Assembly: GCA_002269645.1 (NCBI GenBank)
Contig: NIVC01004691.1
Location: 1-37,932 of the forward strand
Direction of reading: 5' to 3'
Source of the DNA: Macrostomum lignano
Taxonomy: Eukaryota
Length of the DNA stretch: 37,932 bases
Shown here: piece after piece, positions 24,438-35,023 of the stretch
Numbering within the stretch: position 1 is the first letter of the stretch
How the letters are laid out: each line of letters opens with the position of its first letter
Made by a program: the position numbers and the translations under genes
Notes under the pieces: model-generated
The model's input: only the letters and a program-made list of their open reading frames with translations
The model's database searches: none
What the model was told of the DNA's origin: nothing

Positions 24438-27124
24438 TAAACCACGTTAAGGTCTTATGCCCTAACGAGCATATTTTTGCAATGTGCATGCTTGATCATC
24501 AATAATATGACACATGCTACCATTAAAATAGCACAATTTACACAGCACAACAAAAAATTGAAACATAAAATTATCGTACCCTTTTAATTCTACACCTATA
24601 GTTTTCATGTTTTATCGATCAATATGCACAATTTTAAGGCCAGCACAGCCGTTATGTTTAACAATGGTTCAACAATTGTTCAACAATTTCAAAAACCACA
24701 ATAGGAGCAGTACGCACTAGAGATGCTTTTCCCACGCATGAAATACCTTAGAAATGGCTTTCGTTGTCAGCTTATCATGCGCAGTGTCCTTTACTGAACA
24801 TCGCTGTTTACCTTGGGTTGTAGACCGCACACCTTAACTTTTGCACAATTTTCACTCCACTTGAACACCGGCTTCAGGCCAGCGAACTCGCGTCGGCTCC
24901 GGCCTGAGCACCCGCAGCAAGGAGCCGCTGAATCTCGCTCAGAGGCTTCGCATCGGACTGTTCTATGAGCACAGGACCAAGAAGGTCTTCTACCTGAAAT
25001 GCGCGGCAGAAGCTGGCTGCAAAATGATGGAGTTTGAGGATGCTGATAAGCTGTGAGTTTCTTAACCTATTGACAAAAATTGATTTTCATTCACAGCAAT
25101 TGGCTCTCTAATTAGTTTATACCTTCACACTCCTGAAATTTGAATTCCAGGTACCATGCTGTCGAAACTACGAACTCCTTTGTCTCTTGCGGCTCGCTCA
25201 GAGCTGTCAATCTGGGAGCTGGTGGTGAGGTACTTTGGCGGGTGAGCTTTAGGGGCTGCAGTGAGCAGCTTCCGGCTCTGATCAGCTTCCCGGATGCGGC
25301 CGGAAACAGATGCGGAAACTCAAGCCAACCTGTGCTGAGCTGGATGCTTGCGGCTGCCCAGCCGGCTGCGGAAGAAGAACAGACCGAAGGAACTAACTCG
25401 AAGTCTAAGAACAGACTAAATCCCAGTCCTGAAGGGATGAGTGTGCTGAGCATGGTTCTGCTTGGGGCTTTTGCTACCACTCTATTAGCACTTATCTTTA
25501 CTTTGACGCTACTTTTTATGAGAAGACGGCCATGCCTTCAATATAGAGCAGTAACTCCGCCAAAGACGGTCCCAAGCCCGGTTGAAAAAGGAGGAGGGTT
25601 TGATAAGGTCTGCCAATCCGACTCTGGAAAACCTCTGGTGTAACGGAGGCAGCGTCTTAGGCGTCATGCAAACAGATTGACGCAATAATCAGCACCTTTC
25701 CCTGGCAACCTGACCAAGGGTAGAACACACACACATAAAAACAGCTTGAAAGCCTTTTAGCTCGCATTTTGCCCTGCTAATCTTGTTGGCTTGATCAGCC
25801 AATAACAGAGCTAGCAACAGATACAGAATTATCCATGACAGCTGAGTCTGATCAGCCGAAATCAAGTTTCACTTTCTCATCGGAAGATCCAACAAAACCG
25901 TATTTTGGGGATGTTGCTGCTGCTGTTAACTTGTGAACTAAAAAGTAAAAACCTTCAATTGCCTCCTGAGCAGCAAAAAGAAAGTCTTCAGAAGTTCAAT
26001 GAAGAGCTTCAACACAGCCCACTGAGTGAGAAACATGCCAGTTCTATGTAAATATACAGTTAATTGCTTTGTAAATATGCCGCTTTTGTTGCAGAATAAT
26101 AACTTTGCTGTATAAATACGACAAATACGCTCGCATCGGCATTGTAATGTTTATTTTGTGTAAAATTTCTGTACATTTCATTATTTGGTGTTCATTGCTT
26201 CCCAAAGTTGCTCCCTAAAGCACATTTACCAATGTTTTGTCTTGTACCCCTCTTTATCTATTCACTACCGTTAGCGAAGTGTGAAATGATGGTAGACTGT
26301 TTAGAATGCATTTTAGCTGAGTTAATTAAATAAGTAGTGGCTGATAAACGAGTGCATTGAGACTGAGTGTTTCGCACTAATCTACTCGTAGCAGTTGTAT
26401 ACTTAACATTTTGCAAAATTTATGATTTTAATGCAAGTGTACCTGAATTAGTGTGAATTTACGAGCGTATAATAAAAAACTGATTTACCTGTCATTTGAA
26501 GAATCCAGCAGAAACGCAGTAATTCAAGAATTGTGCAATCTAATATCTCAATTATCGGTGATTACGGTAGGCAGAGAGCTGCTTTCAAGAATATTCTTGA
26601 TGAGTAGGCATCGAAAAACTGCCTGTAAGTCATCCCTGAGTTGAATAAGAATAAAGGTAAGTAGAATAACAGGGAAGAATAATTGAATGTATTGAATGCA
26701 TTTCATTATGAAAAGATCATAACCGAGTGCCCATAGAATCCGACAAATGGGCGCATTGCACCGACGAATAACGACGTTGGCTGAACGTCCCTGCATTGTA
26801 AAAGTACCTGCGTTTACCTGCAGCGTCACGTGTGTCGGATTTCTGTACGGGATTATTAGAATGATGCGAATTTAACCTTTTTTATTCTTTAGACAACAGA
26901 GTATTAAATCTAGATGTAGTTAGTGTTCGGGCTTCATTTCTTTGTACAAAGTGTCTTGAAGCTGCATCTCTACCCAGTGGGTGGGAGTCAGAATTCGACG
27001 GAAATGTTTTATCGTCAAGTTCTAAAATTCCCGGACCTGGTTTGGAGTTCATCATATCAGGGTTTTCAGCTTTTAGGCTTTTTATTGGGGCTGTGCCTTT
27101 CAGGGACGACTGCAATGAGAGGCG

Positions 27125-27845
27125 CCAGGACCAAGGGGCTTTAGCACCAAGGGGCTTTAGCACCAAGGGGCTTTAGCACCAAGGGGCTTTAGCACCAAGG
27201 GGCTTTAGCACCAAGGGGCTTTAGCACCAAGGGGCTTTAGCACCAAGGGGCTTTAGCACCAAGGGGCTTTAGCACCAAGGGGCTTTAGCACCAAGGGGCT
27301 TTAGCACCAAGGGGCTTTAGCACCAAGGGGCTTTAGCACCAAGGGGCTTTAGCACCAAGGGGCTTTAGCACCAAGGGGCTTTAGCACCAAGGGGCTTTAG
27401 CACCAAGGGGCTTTAGCACCAAGGGGCTTTAGCACCAAGGGGCTTTAGCACCAAGGGGCTTTAGCACCAAGGGGCTTTAGCACCAAGGGGCTTTAGCACC
27501 AAGGGGCTTTAGCACCAAGGGGCCAGCACCAAGGGGCTTTAGCACCAAGGGGCGCCAGCACCAAGGGGCTTTAGCACCAAGGGGCTTTAGCACCAAGGGG
27601 CTTTAGCACCAAGGGGCTTTAGCACCAAGGGCTTTAGCACCAAGGGGCTTTAGCACCAAGGGGCTTTAGCACCAAGGGGCTTTAGCACCAAGGGGCTTTA
27701 GCACCAAGGGGCTTTAGCACCAAGGGGCGCCAGCACCAAGGGGCGCCAGCACCAAGGGGCTTTAGCACCAAGGGGCTTTAGCACCAAGGGGCGCCAGCAC
27801 CAAGGGGCGCCAGCACCAAGGGGCGCCAGCACCAAGGGGCTTTAG
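27125..27845. repeat. 16-bp minisatellite (CACCAAGGGGCTTTAG, variant CACCAAGGGGCGCCAG) x ~45
   Basis: Directly visible tandem array with two interspersed variants. Confidence 0.97.
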
Positions 27846-28819
27846 TTTTGCCAGCCTATTTGGAGGGCCCTTCCCTGGCCACGCTTCTGATCTTTTTTAA
27901 TCAAAGAAGAGATTGATAAGAAAGTGGAAAGAAATTAGATAGAAGGAAAATAGAAGGTAAGATAAAATTAGTATATAAGTTACAAAATATGTTTATTTTG
28001 TCATCTGCAGTTTCTTTTATTCTTTTAATAACTGTAAGCACCGAAAAAGAGCTTGGTGGTGAAAAGAGCTTGCATCGAAGTGGAAAAACAACGACCTCTA
28101 CTCGTCTTGACCATGAAGCTATCCAAACAGACCAGCTTAAGAAAGCCGACCTCAATTCCCAAAGGACAATAACGAAGCTGAGATTTGAGGGCCAAGCTAG
28201 CAGCCTACGAACGCGTGACACAGACTCCCAGCAAAATGCGGGGGTTGATGGTTGCCTTAACAACAGCACAGAGAGAAACTGCAGGAGCGCTAACTCTACC
28301 CAACTCAAAATATTCATTTTCTGCATTGTGCCTATGCGTTCTTGTTGACTATAAGATACACTGCTTTGAATAATATTCGGTACTGCGAATTCTGAGCTGT
28401 GAGCCTCGCGCTCAATAGGGCTTTTGGAGGCCAGTGTGTTATTATTACATCGCTGAAGTCCTTCAGCGATGCAATAATAAGATAACAGGAAAAAAACTTG
28501 TTAATAACGTTTTAAAAATCAAGGAGCCTTCAGAAAAGACCAGAGAATCCCCAAGTTGTACTCTACAGATGTGTTGCTAAAAATAGCTCTGGGGTTCGCC
28601 CCTGCGTACATGGGGTGAGGGCGGCGTCCAGCTGGCACAAGCAGGCAGGCCGCGTATCGCGGCTTCGCGCCTTGTTTGCAGCCTGCTGGCTGACGTTAAT
28701 GTACCGGATTCGGTCGGCGACGTGACAATCCTTCACGACCTGGTCCAGAGGCGCGCCCTGTGCCGCTTCCGTCTAAGTAATCTGACAGCGTAATCTTATT
28801 GATGCTTCTTTACGAAGCC

Positions 28820-28943
28820 AGGGAAATCAAAGAAATGTAGAATTTGGGAACGTAATATTTGGGGAATGTAAAATGTAAGAAATGTAAAATTCAGGGATGT
28901 GAAATCTGGAAAATATGAAATATGGGGTAATTTGAAACATACC
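28820..28943. repeat. Degenerate ~16-bp array at the C/D junction
   Basis: Same motif, ending GAAACATACCC. Confidence 0.75.
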
Positions 28944-29743
28944 CAGTGCCCGAAAATTCTAGCTTAAGATGTCCGCCTAAGGTACAAAATGAGAGCAGCG
29001 AAATTAATGCTGTTTGTGCACCACACGTACAGTACCTTGAGCTCGCAGTTGTGAAACTAAACTAAAAGAAAGATTACAAAAATAAACTTTTAATCCCTTA
29101 GTTTAGACGAGAGGGACATCCGCCGGACTCAGACGTAATTTCACATGCTTATAATCTTATTCCTTGCAGTTGAGTGCTTTGAGCCGTGAGATGAGTCTAT
29201 TAACTACGAACTTTTTGTGGGAACTGTACCATATATTGCGTATTCATTTATTTCGCAACCTTTCAAAATAACAACAAAAAAATCTAAAGTAACTTGGAAC
29301 AAAACTGAAGTTCCTTTTTTGTACAGCACTTGACTTTGGGGGGGGGGAGGCGTACAGCGAACAGTGCATGCTGCTTTGGAAACTGCTTTGGTACAAGAAG
29401 CGTGCGTCCTTCTGCTTCTCTTTCCTCGCATAGTACTCGGCGGCATAGATCCGCATTCCTGTATTGTATCGGCTAAATTTCCATGGAAAAGCCATGGAAT
29501 GGCCTTTTAAAAGTACTTGGAGACTTATTCACAGAAGAAAAATCCGCGGAAAAGCCGTGGGTTTCACTTGGACTTGCCACAGAGTTACCGCAGCTTCACC
29601 TGTAATTAAAATCATGCGTTTGCCACGGTTGCTACCCCCCATCAAAATTTGCAAATATTGCAAGAAGCAGAGAAACTTCTTTTGGTTAGTACACAGAGAC
29701 AATGAGTTAAGTTTCGTGCACATTTAGTTGAGTCTGTGGCAGT

Positions 29744-30675
29744 TGACTGCCACAATTTGACTGCCACAATTTGACTGCCACAATTTGACTGCCACAATTT
29801 GACTGCCACAATTTGACTGCCACAATTTGACTGCCACAATTTGACTGCCACAATTTGACTGCCACAATTTGACTGCCACAATTTGACTGCCACAATTTGA
29901 CTGCCACAATTTGACTGCCACAATTTGACTGCCACAATTTGACTGCCACAATTTGACTGCCACAATTTGACTGCCACAATTTGACTGCCACAATTTGACT
30001 GCCACAATTTGACTGCCACAATTTGACTGCCACAATTTGACTGCCACAATTTGACTGCCACAATTTGACTGCCACAATTTGACTGCCACAATTTGACTGC
30101 CACAATTTGACTGCCACAATTTGACTGCCACAATTTGACTGCCATAATTTGACTGCCACAATTTGACTGCCACAATTTGACTGCCACAATTTGACTGCCA
30201 CAATTTGACTGCCACAATTTGACTGCCACAATTTGACTGCCACAATTTGACTGCCACAATTTGACTGCCACAATTTGACTGCCACAATTTGACTGCCACA
30301 ATTTGACTGCCACAATTTGACTGCCACAATTTGACTGCCACAATTTGACTGCCACAATTTGACTGCCACAATTTGACTGCCACAATTTGACTGCCACAAT
30401 TTGACTGCCACAATTTGACTGCCACAATTTGACTGCCACAATTTGACTGCCACAATTTGACTGCCACAATTTGACTGCCACAATTTGACTGCCACAATTT
30501 GACTGCCACAATTTGACTGCCACAATTTGACTGCCACAATTTGACTGCCACAATTTGACTGCCACAATTTGACTGCCACAATTTGACTGCCACAATTTGA
30601 CTGCCACAATTTGACTGCCACAATTTGACTGCCACAAGTTGACTGCCACAATTTGACTGCCACAATTTGACTGCC
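29744..30675. repeat. 14-bp minisatellite (GACTGCCACAATTT) x ~66
   Basis: Directly visible, with only isolated substitutions. It explains the three long repetitive minus-strand ORFs. Confidence 0.97.
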
Positions 30676-30697
30676 AAAAGTACCAAACGTACCATAG

Positions 30698-30896
30698 AAA
30701 CCATACTGCTTTGAGTACAAACTCCTCAGTCTTCTGTGACTCACTCAGAACTGTCAATCTTATCATTGATGATAAGAGCCAACAAGAGATGATAATTAAG
30801 AGAGAAAACTCGAGCCAACCTGTGCTCAGCTGGATGCTTGCGGCTGCCCAGCCAACTGCAGAATACGAGCTAAGAACAAGCAAGTCGCAGTCCTAA
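30698..30896 (+). pseudogene. Copy 4 remnant: internally deleted exon 6 only, lacking the TM
   Basis: The sequence NHTALSTNSSVFCDSLRTVNLIID...NSSQPVLSWMLAAAQP matches exon 6 and is followed by 3' flank homology. Exons 1-5 and the promoter are absent; a 14-bp minisatellite sits in their place. Confidence 0.8.
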
Positions 30897-33004
30897 AAGA
30901 ATGAGTCTGATTTTGGTTCGCCAGTCAACTCTAGCTCGTATTTGATCAGCCAATAGCCGCGCTTGCAAAAGAGACCAAACTATCCATAATTATGGAGTCT
31001 GATTACTCGAAATCCAGCTTCACTTCCTCATCGGCTTCATCGAGTAGATGTCAGGTTTGAAGATTTTGTGTTTTAGTTGTTGGTGTTAACTAAGCTTTAC
31101 TAATCGTAAGAATAATAGTTCACAGCCTCAAAGCTCTTCATTGAAACTATAAGAGGATTGAATGAGAAATATGCTGTTACATGCGAGTGATGACTGTATA
31201 ATTATGCTGTTACTGTTCTGCTGTTTAAATGCTGTAAATCTCTGCAAATATCGGAAATATTTATCTAGAATCTAGAAAGAAGGCAATCGAAAATGTAATC
31301 ACTGGATTAAACATTTGTAAGAGGAAATAAAACAATAACGAGGAAGAAAATATAATTAAGTAACGATAAAAAATCCGAGAACTTAATTAACAGTAGAACT
31401 ACCCAGAGGGGGCATCCCCCTGACAATTTTTTGCTGCGCCGTACTGGAGCAACGCAGACATACGAAATTCAAGAACACAGGCAAAAATTTTGTTGCGCAC
31501 CTTCTCAAACAAGAATCAAGTCGCCAGCCCTCCGGACCGTCGAGATATTTGACGATTCTGCCAGAAGGTCTGATTTTTCCCATAAGCGCCAGTGTATTCA
31601 GTACACCCCTGTGCGCCAATCAACACTGCGCCTCAGTGCAGCCTTGCCAAGCCTCCAAATTTCATCAGCACGTCGACCACATGTGTCCGCATCAGCTCTT
31701 ACTTCGTTGGTCACTAGCCTTCACCCAGGCGGAGCTTCTGGACCTTCCACAGGTGGCACCAGGTGACTATAGACACGCTGTTGCAAATTTATCTAGTTTC
31801 GATGATCAAGCGAGATCCAGTAGGCAAGCTGCTGGACATCCTCAGCTGGTATCTCAAGCATTCCGTTATCACCCCGGTACTTTTGAGCCAATGAGAGTCA
31901 GCACCAAGGGGCGCCAGCACCAAGGGCTGTTGTTGGGGCCAAAGTAGCCAAAGTGGTGGTCGGGGGAACTGCTAGAATTGGGAAAAGAAGCGCCAAACCT
32001 GCTGAAGAGGCGCCAAGTCAGTAGGTACTCAGCCATTAGCTTTGCCAGCCTATTTGGAGGGCCGGATCGCCCTTTGGCCCTTCCGTGGCCACGCTCCTGA
32101 TCTTTTTAATCAAAGAAGAGATTAGTAAGAAAGTGGAAAGAGATTAGAAAGAAAGAAAATAAAAAGTAAGATAACATTCAGTAAGTATCTAAGTTACAAA
32201 ACTTGTTCGTGTTATCATTTGCAGTTTCTTTCATTCTTTTAATACCTGTCTGTAAGCACCGGAAAAGCGCTTGCATCGAAGTGGAAAAAACAACAACCTC
32301 TACTCATCTTGACCAAACCTATCCAAACAGACCAGCTTAAGAAGCCGATCTCAATGCCCAAATGACAATAACGAATCTGAGATTTGAGGGCCAAGCCAGT
32401 AGCCTGCGAACGCGTGACACAGAAGACTCGCAGCAAAATGTGTTGAGAGGCGGGGGTTGATAATTGCCATAAAAACAGCACAGAGAGAAACTGCGTGAGC
32501 GCTAAGCCTACCCCGCTCAAAATATTCATTACTTCTGCATTGTGCGTATGCGTTTTAGTTGACTATAAGATACACTGCTTTGAATAATGTTCAGTACTGC
32601 GAATTCTGAGCTGTGAGCCTCACACTCATAATAGGGCCTTTAGAGGCCAGTGTGTTTGAAGTCTTTCTGCCATGCAAGCAGAAGATAATAGGGAAAAACC
32701 TGTTAATAACGTTTAAAAATCCAGGAGCGTTCCGCACAGACCAGAGAATCTCCTTGTACTTGCACATGCAGATGGCTCTCTATAGATGTGTTGCTAAAAA
32801 TAGCTTTGAGTTTGGCCTGCGTACATGGAGTGAGGGCGGCGTCCAGCTGGCACAAGCAGGCAGGCCATGTATCGCGGGTTCGCGCCTTGTCTCCTGCCTG
32901 CTGTCTGACGCCGGCGCCCCGGATTCAGTCGGCGACGTGGCTTTTCTTTGCGACCTGACCCAGAGGCGCGCCCTGTGCCGCTGTATTGTTGTTTATTGCG
33001 ACGC

Positions 33005-33368
33005 CGGAGAAATATGGGGAATGTAAAATTTTTGGAACGTAAAATCTTGGGAATGTGAAATATGGTGAGCGTGAAATGCAAGGAATGTTAAATCTGGGAA
33101 ATGTGAAATCTGTTGATGCAAAATCTGGGGAATGGGAATTCTGGTGAATGTGAATTTCGGGGAATGTGAACTCTGGGGAATGTGAAATCTGGGGAATGTG
33201 AAATCTGCAGAATGTGAAATCTGCGGAATGTGAAATCTGCGGAATTTTAAATCTGGGAATGTGACATCTGCGGAATTTTAAATCTGAGGGAATGTCAAAT
33301 CTGAGAAATTTTTAAAATCTGGAATGTGAAATCTGGGAGATGTAAATCTGAGGAATGTGAAACATACC
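33005..33368. repeat. Degenerate ~16-bp array at the D/E junction
   Basis: Same motif, ending GTGAAACATACCC. Confidence 0.85.
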
Positions 33369-34501
33369 CTAAAGTTCTAGCTAAAGTTTTCCACCAGAAA
33401 AGACAAAATGAGAGCGACGAAACTTATATTCAAGCTGTTTCTGCACCATAGCACTTTTAGCTCGCACTGCTCGCAGTTGTTGAACTGAACTAAAAGAAGA
33501 ATTCATAAACACATTCTGAAGACCCTTGTGAACCACTAAAGAAAATTTTAGTCTCAACTTTGACGACAATGACATCCGCCAGACCCTACGTATGTCAAAT
33601 GCTTGTAATCATTCCCTGCCGTTGACTGCTTTGCCTTTGGGCTTTGAGCTTTGAACAATAAATAAAGAACTCTAAAGTTCACAGAAAAAACTGAAGTTCC
33701 CTTTTTTGTACGAACGTAGAGCGTTAGGCGGCGTACAGAGAACAGTTCATGCTTGGTCTGAAAGCGCATGAACGATACAGATCTCTTCTGTCTCTCTTTC
33801 CTGGCATGCTACGTACTCGTACAATAGGGCGGCAACTGTGCATACACTCACACTCCAACCCTATTTAAATAATTCTACTGACTGAATTTCCATGGGAGAG
33901 CCATGGAATTGCCTTTTAGTTGTACTTGAAAGGAGGGGCAAATTCCAACTGCTTTAAGAGAAACATTCGCCGCGGAAAAGCCGTGGGTTTTACTTGGATT
34001 TTACTTGGATCTGCCACAGAGTTACCGCGGCTTCGCCTGTAAAATCATGGGTTTTCCGTGGTGCTCCCTTCCTAAATTTTATTGTATAAAGTCTGCAGGA
34101 AGTTGGAGTTGGCCAAAATCTCTTGGTGAGTGAGTCCACATGGACAGTGAGTTGAGTTTCGTGCACACTTAGTTACCATAGTTTTTAAGTGTCCCCTTTT
34201 GTCAAATGATATTTAATTGAGGAAAGATAGAAGGAAGCAAAATAGTAGTTAAGAATGTTAAACAAAATATTTTTTGTTCCCACGGAATTTTCCACTGTCG
34301 TTCGATTAGGGGCTGTGTATTGTGTATTGTACTTCGATTGCTAAATGATTTTCGAATTCAACGTACGCGATGATTTCTTTGTAATACGAGTGTACATGCA
34401 GTACACGTACATACGAGCGTACATAGCTACCGGGGTTCATTAGAGTCACTAGAGTATAAGTATGTTCAGGTAAGTAAGAGCAAAGGCTGAGTCTGTCTCA
34501 C

Positions 34502-34699
34502 CACTGGCGTATTCAGGGGGGGGGCGGCCTGGCCTGGGGTGGTGGGGTTGGGCGCGGCCGGTACCAAAAACCATGAGACAATTGAGTGCCTGCGGCTCTA
34601 AAATGAGTGCCTGCGGCGCCAAAAGTGGCACTGCAGGCATGAGACTTGGCCAGCCAGGTCAACCCGGCCCCTAAATTGAAATTCCTGGCTACGCCACTG
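34502..34699. mobile_element. 198-bp hAT-like MITE with 8-bp target site duplication
   Basis: TIRs CACTGGCGTATTCAGG and CCTGGCTACGCCACTG (13/16 match). TGTCTCAC is duplicated at 34494-34501 and 34700-34707. The empty site TGTCTCACCAGATG is present in unit C (~21050). Confidence 0.9.
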
Positions 34700-34943
34700 T
34701 GTCTCACCAGATGCTTCATTACATATAAAATCAAAGAAAGAATTAAATCTACACGATTTTACAGCTATAATTCCTTGACAGCAGGGTTAGGTAAACTACG
34801 AGCTAAAAGCCAAGAAATGTGTCACTACATCCGGGTACTAAAACAGAAATCAGATTGCTAAAATTAGAAATTTCGTATAGTACGCGTACAAGAAGTTTGA
34901 TGCAATTTACGAATATCTTTGTTCAGCAGTTTCACGTCTTACC

Positions 34944-34949
34944 TATAAA
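34944..34949 (+). promoter_or_regulatory. TATA box of copy 5
   Basis: TATAAA 80 nt upstream of the ATG. Confidence 0.5.
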
Positions 34950-35023
34950 TGCTGGCGCAGACACAGAATCTCCATGCTGCGCCCACCTCTCATCGCGAAT
35001 TTTAGGTGCCGGAAGTGAGCGAC

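Larger units (their letters stand above)
21385..25643 (+). pseudogene. Copy 3 of the CUB-CTLD-TM gene, with one frameshift in exon 2 (true pseudogene or consensus error)
   Basis: Exons 21385-21458, 22110-22407, 23070-23148, 23242-23489, 24878-25052 and 25151-25643. GACCCT to GACCT at 22221-22222 shifts the frame (DADLCLRK...RF*). The remaining exons are open, with a divergent TM and tail ending KPLV*. Confidence 0.75.
19813..28948 (+). repeat. Segmental duplication unit C
   Basis: Junction motif at 19813; collinear blocks including gene copy 3. Confidence 0.8.
28949..33367 (+). repeat. Segmental duplication unit D (deleted form)
   Basis: Degenerate junction motif CCCGAAAATTCTAGC. Upstream blocks and 3' blocks are retained while the gene body is missing. 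Confidence 0.75.

Noticed and set aside
29642-30883. Three long minus-strand ORFs (326-413 aa) of WQSNCGSQIVAVKL repeats
   Set aside because: They are by-products of a 14-bp tandem repeat that has no stop codon on that strand. All three frames give the same peptide, and there is no unique coding context.
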